From Azolla caroliniana (taxonomy: Eukaryota; Plantae; Polypodiophyta): a stretch of DNA of 64,000 bases. The stretch is from the NCBI GenBank assembly GCA_043228905.1, contig JBHGNT010000002.1, positions 9,300,001-9,364,000 of the forward strand. Direction: 5' to 3'. Below, piece by piece: positions 1 through 13,419 of this stretch. Each line of letters starts with the position of its first letter. The first letter of the stretch is position 1. The notes beneath the pieces are model-generated. The model had not been told where the DNA came from. It saw nothing but the letters and a program-made list of their open reading frames with translations, and did no database searches. The position numbers and the translations under genes were made by a program.

Positions 1-38
1 AATGTCATCTCTTGAATAGCTTATTCTCTTCACTTCAC
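1..38 (-). CDS. SPL: SPL exon 7 (partial, gene continues beyond window)
   Basis: ttgttcag acceptor; in-frame (G)EVKRISYSRDDI. Confidence 0.7.
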
Positions 39-119
39 CTGAACAAATCAATAAGCATAAAAACAAATTATGAAAATTCCCAGGTAACAATAAGAAGATA
101 AACAAAATAAATATGTTAC

Positions 120-237
120 CATTAATGATCAATGCCTTTTTTTGTTCTACTTGCACTAAAATTCTCCCCTTATTCCAGAGACTAGCATGAGACAATTGCA
201 AAAGACGTTTCAAGCTTCCCCTCAAGTCCAAAGTCAG
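120..237 (-). CDS. SPL: SPL exon 6
   Basis: LTLDLRGSLKRLLQLSHASLWNKGRILVQVEQKKALIING; ctttcag acceptor, GTAAC donor. Confidence 0.85.
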
Positions 238-593
238 CTGAAAGAAGAAAGCCATGATCAAAACAAAAATACAGGAAAAACTCCAAAACCACACTGACTT
301 TTTCTTTCTTTCCCCATTGGACCTAGGTTTCCGTTATTTCTCCAAGTGCCCCAGGTCAACATCCAAAAAAGAAAACAGAATTCATGAATTGAACCACATA
401 CAATTGAGACAAAGGTGATGATTGAACATATAACTGCTTGAATGGTTGACAAAGGCATTTGAGGAGATACCAAAAACTTAGGGGCAATTCTAGGATATAA
501 CGAGAAACTGGAAATTTGGAGATTTCACAAAGGAAAAAATTCTAAAACCCTAAAAACCAAGAGACACTATGTATGCATACATTAGAAGTTTAC

Positions 594-701
594 CTCTTTC
601 CATGACCAATGTGGCATTGAAAGAAATACAGTAAGGAGAATGCAACCAGGCCGCATATATTCTTCCATGAAGCAAGGAGTCACAGAGAGCCATTCTTGGA
701 G
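594..701 (-). CDS. SPL: SPL exon 5 (IRPGC-type motif)
   Basis: LQEWLSVTPCFMEEYMRPGCILLTVFLSMPHWSWKE; AG/GT borders, 108 nt. Confidence 0.9.
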
Positions 702-1332
702 CTGTTCACATAAACAAAAATGAAGTAATTACTACCAAACCTATCAATTCCTCCTCTAATACAAACTCTAATTATTACCAAAACCATCATACAATCCCTC
801 CTTTCTACATATACTTGTACCGCAAAAGTATCATACAATCTCTCCTTTGTACACATAAAATTTTGCCTAAATGGTTAAAAAAGTTTTGAGTTACTAAGGT
901 TGGTTATTCTGGAATATAAAGTTGGAAGTCTCTCTAGATGGAGTTTCAATGGCCTTATCTATTGGGCTATCCATGATGGGGATGTTCAGAAATCTTAGTT
1001 CCACCATTTTCGAGTAAGAATCTCTATCAACCAAATTTGTTCAAGCTTTTATGGTTTTATTTTTCTTTATCATATCATCATTTTTGTTCAAGCTTTTACT
1101 TTATCTCTTTCAATCGCCTAACTCCATTAGATAAAGGCTATTACCAGGCAAATCCAAAGGCGACTTCCTCATTTCAATGGTCTTTCCATATTGGACCATC
1201 TCATGATGCTGCTGATCACTCATTTTATTTCTATTCATCAAGCATCTCTCACTATCATTTACATTAGCTTTTACTTTATTATTTTATTGTTTAGGTAAGT
1301 TAAGTTTGCTTCTGTTTTCTCTCCTTTTGTTA

Positions 1333-2130
1333 ATATTTTACAGTATTGTTTTGGGAAGTTAGGTTAGCATGCATACTTTTTGTTTAAGCTTTTACAATAT
1401 TGTTTCAGGAAGTTAGGTTGGCGTAAATACTTTTTGTTAATACATCTTTCTTTCTTTGTTGTGCATCAGATTCAGCTATTTAAACAAATGGTTATGATAT
1501 AGAGGCATAACAATAGGAGAGGGAGACACAGAAAGACAGAGAAGAAGACGAAGATAATTAGAGTTCAGATGCTATATACAACCACATAATAATCCTGTAC
1601 AAAGAGAGAGAAAACAACAAGTTTAATTGAAGAAATATTTTACAGTATTGTTTTGGGAAGTTAGGTTAGCATGCATACTTTTTGTTTAAGCTTTTACAAT
1701 ATTGTTTCAGGAAGTTAGGTTGGCATAAATACTTTTTGTTAATACATCTTTCTTTCTTTCTTGTGCATCAGATTCGGCTATTTAAACAAATATTTATGAT
1801 ATAGAGGGATAACAATAGGCGAGGGAGACACAGAAAGACAGAGAAGAAGAAGATAATTAGAGTTCAGATGTTAAATACAACCACATAATAACACTGTACA
1901 AAAAGAGAGAAAACAGCAAGTTTAATTGAAGAAAAATCACAGTACATATTACCTGGAGAGTAATAACTCTTAGATCTTTCTTTCTTTCTTTCTTTCTTGT
2001 GTATCAGATTCAGCTAATTGAACAAATGGTTATGATAAACAAGCATAAAAATAGGGGAGGGAGACACAGAGAGATGGGGGAGAGAGAAAAGAAGCAGAAG
2101 GAAATTACAGTTCAGAAGCTAAATACGTAA
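1333..2130. repeat. ~300-bp tandem duplication plus a third partial diverged copy in SPL intron 4
   Basis: 1333-1633 and 1634-1932 nearly identical; 1975-2130 is a diverged partial copy. Confidence 0.9.
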
Positions 2131-2241
2131 TACTGTAGGGAGAGAGAGATGGAGTTTTATCTGAATGGTAATAACTCTTAGACATTCATGTACCTGCTTG
2201 CTTCACATTGATGTAAATTGATGTTTTTTTATTCCATTTAC

Positions 2242-2319
2242 CTGAGACTTATAATTTTGTGGAATGTCTGCAATCCGCGTTACATCACAAAGCTTGAAAA
2301 TAATGCGTCCAGTTAACTC
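2242..2319 (-). CDS. SPL: SPL exon 4
   Basis: ELTGRIIFKLCDVTRIADIPQNYKSQ, homologous to the RTGRIVFKLF motif; AG/GT borders, phase 0. Confidence 0.88.
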
Positions 2320-2610
2320 CTGTCAACAAATTAATGATCAAAATTTCATTGATTCAGATCTGACACAGCTTGCTCATATACAAATTTGACTAATTTATTT
2401 CTACTAGATTCTCGATTAAGGTCACAATTCATTGATTGGAAATGAGGTGACAAACTTATATCTACATGGGAGGATTAAATTTGTTGTGTTCACTGATTAT
2501 GAAGCAGGTTAAAAGATTCTACTAAATGGCCGGCTTTAGTTTTGTTAATTATAGACGTCTAGCGCATGGTAAGATTTGGCTCATTGATTATAAACTCGGT
2601 TAAGATTTAC

Positions 2611-3410
2611 CTGGCTGTTAGAGCTAGAGCTTGCAGGTGATTGATCTGATCCAGATTCTGAGCTATCACTGATTCGCCTAACGGAATTTTTTCCAATAGG
2701 ATTATCGACTGTAGTATAATGTTGTCTAAATACAGGCATTTCACTCTGTATTATAAGATGTGATTCTGTATCTCCCCCATTTGTCTTCATGATATTAGCT
2801 TCAGAGTCCCTGAGCATATTAATATTACTAAAAGTTTCAGTAGGGAAGAATTTCTGCTCAGTAGGAGATCTAGTATAGTTGCTATCCGGTGAAGACCCAG
2901 GTTCGACCTCACTTTCCGTAGAAGAGACATTGAAGATCTTTCTTGATTGAGACGATGGCAAGAAATCATTAACATTTTCATTGATAGATCTTTTCCTTAT
3001 ATGTTCTTCAGGGCTACTCTGACCACCTGAAGATAGCGAGTGAATACTTTGCTCATTTGATGAAGGAGGTTGAGCTTGAACATTAATGAAGTTAGAAGAT
3101 GGTATATTCTTCTTCTCTGTCTTTATTGATTCTTGTGCTGGCAAGATGGCTTGAGATCCCAATATGTTCCGAAGAGCTATTACTACTGCTTCTTGTGATA
3201 GATGACCAAGCTGAGTGAGAAGAGATTGAGATATAACTTGATCTTGCCTTTGTGGCATTACTCCACAAATAGGTGCCATATTATTCTGGAGGTTTTGATA
3301 TGCTGCTAATGTAGCATCTCTTACCATTGCTGCATTCTTGAGAGATTGCACTAGAGCTTCTTGCTCTGGAGTTGGGAGGACAGGATTGGGTTTCTCCTTA
3401 GTTTTTGCAG
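2611..3410 (-). CDS. SPL: SPL exon 3 (Ser-rich central region)
   Basis: ttttcctccaatag acceptor; in frame with ORF 2581..3351; ends SGSDQSPASSSSNSQ|GTAAAT, typical of the SPL1 clade. Confidence 0.85.
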
Positions 3411-3675
3411 CTATTGGAGGAAAATAAGGTTTGTTAGCGTTGTCTCTCTATTATATTACAATTGTATTAAGTTACAATAACAAGAGAGATAAGGTTGTAC
3501 ACACAGCACTCTATTTACTTATAAGAGCATCAAGTTTGAAAAATTATGTTCCGATAGAAGGAATGTTTTGTTTTCAAACATATTGAGGAGCTTTTGTGAA
3601 GCCATAAATCATTTGAGTTTATGGTTTTCTAGAAGCGATGTTTCATTTTACAACTTAACTTTGGCGTTTTCTTAA

Positions 3676-4140
3676 CTAGTTTCATTCATAATCTCTCGTC
3701 TAACATCTAATCTATCCATCAATTCATAATTCATAACTGTGTTTTTTTAATGGCAAAAGATTGAATTTAATGATAAGAGAGTTATGTTTCTCTAGAAGTG
3801 TAACAATAGGAGAATTGTTTTTTCTAAACCTGCTTCATGATCTCTCCTCCAATCTGTATTGTATCTATCAATTCATAATTCATCAATACACAGGCATATA
3901 AGAGCCAGCTAGTTTCATTCATAATCTCTCGTCTAACATCTAATCTATCCATCAATTCATAATTCATCACTGTATTTTTTTAGTGGCAAAAGATTGAATT
4001 TAATGATACGAGAGTCATGTTTCTCTAGAAGCGTAACAATAGGAGAATTGTTTTTCTAAACCCGCATCATGATCTCTCCTCCAATCTGTATTGTATCTAT
4101 TAATTCATAATTCATCAATACACAGGCATATAAGAGCCAG
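3676..4140. repeat. 233-bp tandem duplication in SPL intron 2
   Basis: ctagtttcattcataatctctc...taagagccag at 3676-3908 and 3909-4140. Confidence 0.92.
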
Positions 4141-4601
4141 TGTATGTCTTGTAGTTAGCATTCAGTCTATTGTTTTAAGAGCATCATGTTTGCGAAGTTT
4201 TGATAAAGGCTGAATTAAAGGATAAGAATGGAGGTTATGTTTTCTAGAAGAAAAGTTTTGTTTCTGATGACCTACCTTATACACACGTCTGCTAAAAATA
4301 GGGTAATTTCATTCGCATCACAATGTCTATCTTATATATCAATTCATAGCTCATCACAACATATGCAAATATAATCTGTTGTTTAATCATAATTCTAGCA
4401 GTGCAAACTGCATCTATCATGAGTTCAATACATATAATAACATCCAATGACAAAGCCTCACCATGTAGCTGTGGAAGGAGTAAAACCATACTGACAACAC
4501 ATCATCCTAGCAGTGTTAATAAATTTCACCAGTGTAAAACACATCTATCACCCATACATTAATTCACTATTTATATATGTCCAAATATCCAAGCCACTCA
4601 C

Positions 4602-4804
4602 CTTGGAATTGTGAAAGAAGTGTAATTATACTTAGAAGCTCAGCATTTCCTGGCTGGGCAGTATTATCTGCTGACCCCACCAGAACATTCAGGCCATTTG
4701 CACCATTCACATCGATATTCGATTTCCTTCTTCGTTTGTTATGACCAGCCAATCTCCTCCTACAACTTCTCTTTCCTTCATCAAATTCCTGCAAGGGGTG
4801 AAAT
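4602..4804 (-). CDS. SPL: SPL exon 2 (end of SBP domain with NLS)
   Basis: tgcag acceptor; RFHPLQEFDEGKRSCRRRLAGHNKRRRK; donor G|GTGAG at 4601; phase matches exon 1. Confidence 0.93.
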
Positions 4805-4983
4805 CTGCACACATATAAAAAAGAAGTTGTCATATAAAGATCATTTTTTCTTCTTCAAATTAATTCCTGGATTAGAAATGGAGTACTCTTCGTCATAAAA
4901 TTGAGCTTTCACCATAAAAGGATGAAGTCTTTTTGAGGCATGCATTCGAACTTTCACCACAATATAGACATATAGACATATAG

Positions 4984-5014
<31 letters not shown>

Positions 5015-5219
5015 GATATGAAGAGTTTCTTTTACTGAGTATAAAATCTGAAATAGAGTTTTTTTCAGGTGCAATCCACTAGGAATGAACATTCAGCAGT
5101 AAAAAGAATTGGAAACTTTCAGGAAGAAACATGGGAACTTTGGATACCTAGGCTTAACAATGTTGCCACATGAGACAGGTTGAGAGAGAGAGAGAGAGAG
5201 AGATGGAAGTCTTCTTTAC

Positions 5220-6163
5220 CTGCTACATTGCTGACAGAATCTCTGCATTGTCCTCTGTACGAGAGATTGAGGTGACTTGGAATGGAGCTCACACACTCTA
5301 TGGCGTCTATGGTAATCCTTAGCATGCTTCAGATCCACATGGCAATCATCCACTTGACAAACATGAGTCTGTTGTGTATTGCTATTACTATTACTATTAC
5401 TATTACAATTATTGTTATTGTTATTGTTATTGATCCCACATGTTGGAGATGAAGGTCGATATCTCTTATTTACATTAGAATTCCTCGCCCCATTCCCTGT
5501 ATTATATGCATCACATCGTGGATGATTAAATGAGGTTGACCACAGCTTCAGGGATAAGCTCTGATCATCAGCATATTCAGAATTAGTATTATTCATGTCC
5601 AAATCGATGACGTTGTTCTTGAAATTTGTCCCTTTCTTTAACCTTTGCTGATCTGAAGAGGTAAACTCTGAGTCGGAATCACCGCCATCTCCAGTTGCTG
5701 TTTCATTATTAATCCTTAGGGCAATAGGCTTAATGACACGATCTGATGTTCCTTTCTCGTATTGATCATCTGTTGCTACTTTCTCCGCTTTCGATTCAGC
5801 TTCTTCCAGACCAATTTTCCATACATCATGGGTTTCTGTACTTGCACTGTGTTTCATGAACGAGAAGCCTTCCCATGCTCCTCTCGTTACAGATGTGGAT
5901 TGCGCAGTATACAAATCAGTACTTGCTCGAGCTTCATCAACAGCGTGGTTATAATTCCTCGGGTAATGATCCTGCAGAGACGGATTCTTCTGCTTCTTCT
6001 TGGTGGTACTGGATATTCCATGAATCGTGGTTTCATGGAAACCTGTGTTATTGGAGAGGAACTGGAATTGGTAGTACGGGAGACCTGATGATCCAAGGTT
6101 GCTGTTATAAGGATAGCTCTCATGACGAACTGCTGCGACTTGAGGTCCAGCATCTCCATCCAT
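5220..6163 (-). CDS. SPL: SBP-box (SPL1/12/14-like) transcription factor, exon 1 (ATG to first part of SBP domain)
   Basis: ORF MDGDAG...[28 protein letters not shown]...QRFCQQCS; donor AG|GTAAAG at 5219, the conserved SBP-domain intron position. Confidence 0.93.
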
Positions 6164-7076
6164 TCTTATGATTCTTCAATCTGATGATGTACTTGCGGTA
6201 ATCGTTTCTTCAATCATATATAAATATCTATATATATACGTATGTATTCCTCAATTCTTCTGGTCTGTTGATGCTGACTCTTCTAAGCTCTCAGTATTTA
6301 GTATGGTAGACGCGGACAGGGATTGGAGACAGATGAAAGAGGAAATTAAGCTTTCTAGCCTAAATTGTGATGAAAATGGACTGAATAATGTGTAAGGGAA
6401 TGGAATATATCCGACAGGGATTGGCGATGGTAAACGCGGCCTTCCTTGATGATCCAGTCTGTACTGATGAAAATGGAAGTGTTAACGATCTGCACATCAA
6501 GTTACGGGATGCCCTCTGGCGAGGATTGGCGATGGAGGAATATGTGTATACCATTCAGTCTGTACTGTTGGAGGAGTTACTGATCTTCACCTCAAGTTAT
6601 GGAAACTTCTAGAAAGAATCAGAGATGGGAGGAGTTCAGAAATCATTGGTGAAACGCATGGCTCGTGATCTTCTCCATACATACAACATCGACTCTTCCT
6701 CTTCTTCTTCTTTCAGAAATTTTCGGTACCAGGAAGCAATGGAGCCAGCAAAGAAGAAGAAGAAGAAGGAGAAGAAGGAGAAGGAATCCTATTCTAAGGA
6801 GGAGGAAGAGATGGGGATTGTCAGAGAAAAAAGGGCAGATTGAGAGGTAGCATCATCATTTCGTTGACTGAGTAATCGGATTTCAAGATCTGGCTATGGA
6901 GAAAGAGAAGATCAAAAGAGGAAACTTAGAAAAGGAGCGAGAAAGATCGTACCTGGAACTAAGTATGTATGTATGTATGTATGTAACTACTGAGGAAGGA
7001 GGGTTAAGCAGGCGATGGAATCTCCAAAATGAAGGGAAGGGAATGGGAGAAGGAGAAAGAAATCGATGGATCTACT

Positions 7077-7120
<44 letters not shown>

Positions 7121-7620
7121 CTGTGTCTGTGTCTTTTCTTGCGTTTTGACTCTGTGTGAAGAAGAAGAATGAAGAATGAAGAATGAAGAATGAAGAAGAA
7201 GAAGGCTCTCTCTGTGCTCTTTGCAATCCATTCCATTCCCAAGTGAGGTGAAGTGTTTTCGGTTCGGTTCGGTTCGGCTCGGCTCGGTTTGTCACTCCCA
7301 TCCTCGAGCTCACCCGAAACTCCGAGCGACACACAACTACAAAACCGTCGGGATTCTTCATCTCAGAAAGACCGACCCGACCGCACACACACACACACAC
7401 ACATATTGGGCGGTGCCTTGTCCCCGTGGACACACTCCTGTTAATGATTTAAAACCATATAGGACTCCCGCCTCATTCATTTCATCGAAAGACCTCATCA
7501 GCTTCTCTCTATATCTCATGTCATGACCACCTACCTACCTTCACACCATGTACCCGCACACACATACGTACATACATACCAGATACACACATACGTACAT
7601 ACATACATACATACAAGCTT
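6164..7620 (-). promoter_or_regulatory. SPL 5' leader/promoter with GA/CT, GAA, TTCGG, CA and TACA microsatellites
   Basis: Directly upstream of the ATG; (CT)n at ~7080, (GAATGAA)n at ~7160; possible leader-intron donor CAG|GTACGA at 6952. Confidence 0.5.
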
Positions 7621-8094
7621 CTCCTCCAATTTCCTGAGATTCGATGAAGTGCTTGCCACTCCCCTTCCCATGTCCCTCACAAATTGAAGCCTCGTCTTGC
7701 CACTAGGAGACCTCGTCTTGCATGCTTCATCGTATTATGTTGACATAAAGGAAGTAAAGAAATAGACGTGTTTCGAATAAGATGAGGATCTTGCAATTTC
7801 AAAAGACGTGTTTGCACTCGACGCAAAAAGGGCGATACAATATGTTTTTCTCTATGCCCAACCATCATCTCGCTTCATGAGAAAGGGGGCACCGAGTAAG
7901 AGGAGGAGGAGGAGAAGGTGAGATAAGAAAAAGAAGAATGCCATCCCCCACAAGTGTGACCATGAAACACGACTTCCTAGTTGGCAAAACTTATGTAATT
8001 GCGACAATTTTGTGCGCATGAAGGAAGAGTAGTGCGATTACTAATGACCAATTACCAATATTTTGTGCTACAACAAAAAAAAAGGTACATATGC

Positions 8095-8097
<3 letters not shown>

Positions 8098-8142
<45 letters not shown>

Positions 8143-8157
8143 TGTGTGTGTGTGTGT
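8098..8157. repeat. compound (AG)n(TG)n microsatellite
   Basis: direct reading. Confidence 0.95.
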
Positions 8158-11100
8158 ACACATGTAAGATATTTGAGTTAGCACAAAAGCAATGGCATCT
8201 ATATAGTTATATTTTGTTCTGCATTCTGCGGCAAATCCGGGTTGTTTTGCGATGTAGCCGGTATTATGCTTTCTATTATTACTTCTTGTTTGCTTCAAAA
8301 ATGTCATTTCGCTTTTCAATTGTCGTGTAGCAAAAACATCATGCTCAAGCAATAATACATCATCATTATATTCTCATCTCATATGGATTTGACCTTACGA
8401 TTCACCGCCTTTTTTATCACAGTTTCTATTCATCGGTTTAGTTTTTCGGCAACCCATCATAATCGATTACCAAACGTCGGGTATTAGTTACATGGGACAA
8501 GTATCTTCATTTGCATATAGTTTTGTATGCGTTTCCCTGACTTGATGCCCGACTACATGACTCATGTATAAATATGTCATGCATGACGTTGTGTGGTGTT
8601 GAATTTGAAACATTAAGAAATCATTGCTAGGGAACATTTCATCGTGTTGTCATTGAATAATCATTGTTTATTGTGGATTGACTTTGATGAAAGCGGGTCA
8701 CTTTGTTTATTTTTGAAATATGTACACTTCAACTAACTTTACTAACACCAAGTTGTTAGCTGCTTTCTAGTCCTAAATATATACATTTACATAAAACAGG
8801 AAGGGCATTTTGAAAATTTCCATTTTATATTTCTTGAAAGATTAGGCTGGACAACATGGGCTCGTTGAATGCCTTGTTCATACATTTGAAAACATAATTA
8901 CACCGTGGTTCAAACAAGCACAATAACCACTCTTAATTTAACAGGAGTAGTTCTGGGCCATGGCATTGCCTTTGTTACTCTTCTGAATTTCTTTTTTCAC
9001 ACATGCATGACAACCCTCCAAAACTCCGACCAAAAACTAGGTATAAACAATTAATTATATCGCGTCAAATCGTGTGTACTTACTCGAATGACTGCACATG
9101 CACGAAAAGCTATTACAATGTGGCATATGGCAAATGAGGTCAGTCTTATTCATTTGCAAATGCTAGGGAAGCTTGTACAAAAGTGCCTTTTGTAACACAT
9201 TCAAGATCGAGACAATTGAGCGATGGGGCTACCTTTTAGCCATGTCATAGGCATTGCCTTTTTCTAAACTTTGGTTTGCTTTTCAAACTGATCAAATCCA
9301 CTCATGTGTACTAACGCGATGTGCATTTACAAGCTAACTAGTAACTATGTTGCTTGTGCATCAATCGTAGACTCACCAAATTATTATTTACATGCAAAAC
9401 ATTTATTAATGCATTAGGTTATTTATAAATTGATCTCACTTGTGACACTGACAAGTTTACTTACAATCATTAAAGGGACGAGCTCATCAAGACTAGTCAA
9501 TAGCAGAAACAAAATGTTGATTTCGTCACACAAAAGAATAGTCATCTTGAGGTATGATGGCATAACACACATGTCAAGGAGTATTATTAGGCGTGCATCT
9601 TTATGAACAAGACACATATTTCATATGCAAAGCGATGAAACAATTGAAACACAACCATGAACGGTCGAGGTAACTAAGAGAACAAGGTGACATTAAAACG
9701 ACGAGCAACAAACGTACTTATACAAAGGTCTTGGTAATACCACTAAATAATGCAAATTATACCATATCTAATCTTCAATGTAGGTAGTTGTTTAAGAGAT
9801 GTCATCTTCATAATGAAACTATCCATAGCATGGGCCATAAGGTAATCGTACTTCACATTGATAAATCTAGACACAAACGAGTTACACTCATATACTTTGT
9901 ACTCTACGCAAAGATATTCGATAACGATATTTCACCTGAACATAATGTAAATAACATAGCCGTGTAGAAATCGTACCACTTGATGACATTGTAAGCATCA
10001 CGACTCAATGCTACCTCTGGGTAGTGGTTAAATATACGACATTGCATTTATTACAATGATCAACTTGGGTATTGGTCATTATGTTAGACCACATCTTTAT
10101 TTTAAACAAATGGAGCGAAATTGCGGTTGATCATTGTCGAAGCAAATAGATGGATACATGATGGGTGATGACATTGGAACAAGTGACATCCCATGTGAAC
10201 GGTCAACAATTCATGGAATATAAGGAAAATGAAGAAAATCTGACAATATGCTATTATCCAATGGGTGGAAGCATGGATAGATCATAGGATGATGAAGATA
10301 ATGGTGTTAATTATATATACATACTAGGACACCACATGGATGGCAAGATGAAAGAAAAAGGGGAAAGCAACATAATAAGCCATCTTACATTCATTCCTTA
10401 TTATTATATTGTGCAAATCTAAAGTAGTGAAACTTCTTTTCACCATGAGTTCCGATTCATTTTTTATTACAATCGTTATACCTAATTCATACATTTCAAA
10501 CATCACATGGCACACTTCTAGCTTTTATCATTTTTTCTCCTCTATTGTCTTTTCTTAATGGGATATAGGGTTTCGTGGGTGCGCATAAACGATGCCACCT
10601 TTGGACACGCCTACCATTTAGAGCTTGTACCCTCTTTGTCTCTCTCATGTTCGTCCTTCTTTAAGGTACTTAAAAGTCCCAAACCCTTCACTTTACATCA
10701 ACCGATGTGATCTATAGTTCTCTTGCTCTCCTTTACAAAACACTTTCCTTTCTCTTGCTCACTTTCTCAACCCCTCTTCCTATTCAAATTGTATAATCTC
10801 TCTCATTCTCTCTCTCTCATGGATATAATCTCGAGTACAATGTACAAGAAACCGAGGTGGTGCGCAATTTCACAATAAGACCTCCCCCCCCCCCTTCTTT
10901 GTCTTTACTTTTAAGAGCACTTACTACTTTATTTTTTAGTGCATTAGTACGTATTATTATTATTGTACGATCATGAGTTGTCACACTATTAGCAAATTCA
11001 ACCAACTTTGTACAATCCCTCTCGATCTCGATCTTCCAATGCACATTATTGCAACTTTTTACTTGTCGAGCCATGGTTTTCCTTGTTTGTTGCATATATA

Positions 11101-12869
11101 AAAGAGAATGTACGCATGTTTGAAAAAATGACACATGCTTCTTCATCATCATCTTCTTCTTTTCAACACAAATTTGATGAAATCTTTTTGCCTCGTTAAC
11201 ACACCATTGTAGTATAAAGTTTGGCCAAGGTAGAATGGCTTTAATACAATTTATATTACCGGAATGAATGGCCTCGAATTTGTTTAGTAGTTAGCTTGTG
11301 AAATGGCTACCTAGTTCATCACTTCCTTGAAGTGACAAATTTTTATAAGAAGGTACTCATTGAGAATTTGTGCACGATGAAAGCATATAGTAGGTTGCAT
11401 TGCTTAAAATATAATCTTCCCAATTAACTAAATGATTTTCATCTACCTTAGAACATAACTAATCATGTTTTCACATCCTTTTCAACACATGCATCAAACC
11501 TCTCATTCATCAAAAAGGTAGATGCATATACTTAAGTAATCCCAAACGGAAGTGATGTGTTTTATCTTCATTTGCCGGTGATACTAAATGATGATACCTT
11601 CTTAGGATGAGATGCTCTAGGGCCTTGAATGCCATGTTTCCTAGCATTAGTTGTTCAAAATTTCTTTTCGGCCAAAAAAAATGCATAATTATTGCGTACA
11701 CATTATTATGCTGACCCACATCATTCACATCAACATATTGTATTGATCATTGTTTCAAACTTTATCCAATCCAATCCAATGTTAATATAAAACCGTGGTC
11801 TCTTAAATAGCCATTGCCCGTTTTTAAGTGAAAAATATCTAAACTAGTCACATAGTGTGGCATGATAACATCAAGTTTAGTGTTTTAAAAGGGTGACAAT
11901 ACATTCTAATATATCTCATTAGCCCACCTCTTTAACAATAAACCTTTTCACTATATCATAGAAGCTACTAGGAAACTTCTACTAATGTCTCTTTAATGGA
12001 GTAAACAATATATTTCATACATTTGTTGATTGGAACACGATTTTGTTTAAATATTTAAAGGTATCTACAATGAGAAACTCAACATAGGTATTCCAAATTA
12101 TCATATAACTTTTATCGAAAACCTATATTACATTAAAGGGTGGATAGCGAAGAACAAAAGTATTATGTCTACATGAGCATGACATATTCTTGAGTAACTC
12201 CATGTCACCTAAACCTTTTACACATACATAATTTGTAGGCCAATTTACTCACATATGGAGATGGGGAGGACATGGTTTGAGAAATTGGATGCAATTTTAC
12301 AAAATATGGAGTAAAAACCCTCTCGTGAGCGATGGTGGAGGACTCAAGCACCAAGTATAACAATATTTGGTCAAAAGCACAATTAAAATCTAGCAAGTTA
12401 TAGAGCAATGTTGTCCAATATTGGAAGTGGTCTCCATAGAGTCTTTATATTGTCATATTTGTTCAATGAACTTGTTTTTGCCTTTTCTAATTTGTTGATG
12501 AGGTTTTTTTTTTCTTCTTCTTCTCCTTAAATGGCGATCCTAAATTAATTTGAAAACAATTGCCAATTTTGCCTATATAATATCTCTACCTTTTCTATTT
12601 TATCTTTTTTGGCCATCCATGGCCTTTTTGGCAATAGCTTATTTTAATTAAACTCACCGAACTAGAAAAGACAAAACAAAACTCGTTCACAAAGCTCAAA
12701 TAAAATTCTTCCACTTCTATAATATGCCGATGTTGTCCAAAATGGAGGGTGATTTCTATTAACATTTTGGGTTCACAAAAAGTGGAAGATTGGGACTTGA
12801 CTTCGAGCACATCTAAGTCAAAACCACTAGTTCAACCAATATAATGGTTGGAACTAATGAAGAGAGATC

Positions 12870-12932
12870 ATATTTTATGGAAAGTAATTTATAGGTCAAT
12901 ATTTTATGGAAAGTAATTTATAGGTCAATATT
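12870..12932. repeat. 29-bp tandem duplication
   Basis: atattttatggaaagtaatttataggtca x2. Confidence 0.9.
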
Positions 12933-13419
12933 AGAGAAGGAGAATAATGAAAATCTTGATGCAACAAAATTCATGAGGAATGTGAGGTGATGATGCAACG
13001 GTGTCTTTATGCCCATTAAAGTAGACAATCGGTGATCATAGGTTTCATTAGCATTTTCTTATCTAAATGTTTAAGAATCTTTAAATATACTCTCTCTTAA
13101 TATGTGTAAAACACTAGAGAATGAACAAACAAGCTCTAAACCAAATTACGAAATTTAGGCAAACAAACTTAATATTACTTTATCACTCTTAATTACTTAA
13201 CTTTAATGATTAATTGATATCAAAGAGTTCCTTCAACAAGTTACAATTAGCCCAAATACTAGGATGGATGCTTAAGCTATGGGTCTTCTAGTAGATAAGA
13301 AGATTAGGGTTAAGATTATAGTTTAGGAGGAGATAAGGACTATGTAACCTCTACCTGAAGTTCTTTGAAAATAAAGAAAAAGGTTAAAAGGTTTGTAAAA
13401 CTTTTACAATGGTTGAGTC

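Noticed and set aside
1-7300. miR156/529 target site in the SPL gene
   Set aside because: No GTGCTCTCTCTCTTCTGTCA-like site found on the sense strand in this part; SPL1-type genes normally lack it
6625-7526. Short ORFs rich in K/E/R/S-L repeats
   Set aside because: Translations of GAA/GA/CT microsatellites in the leader; no domain
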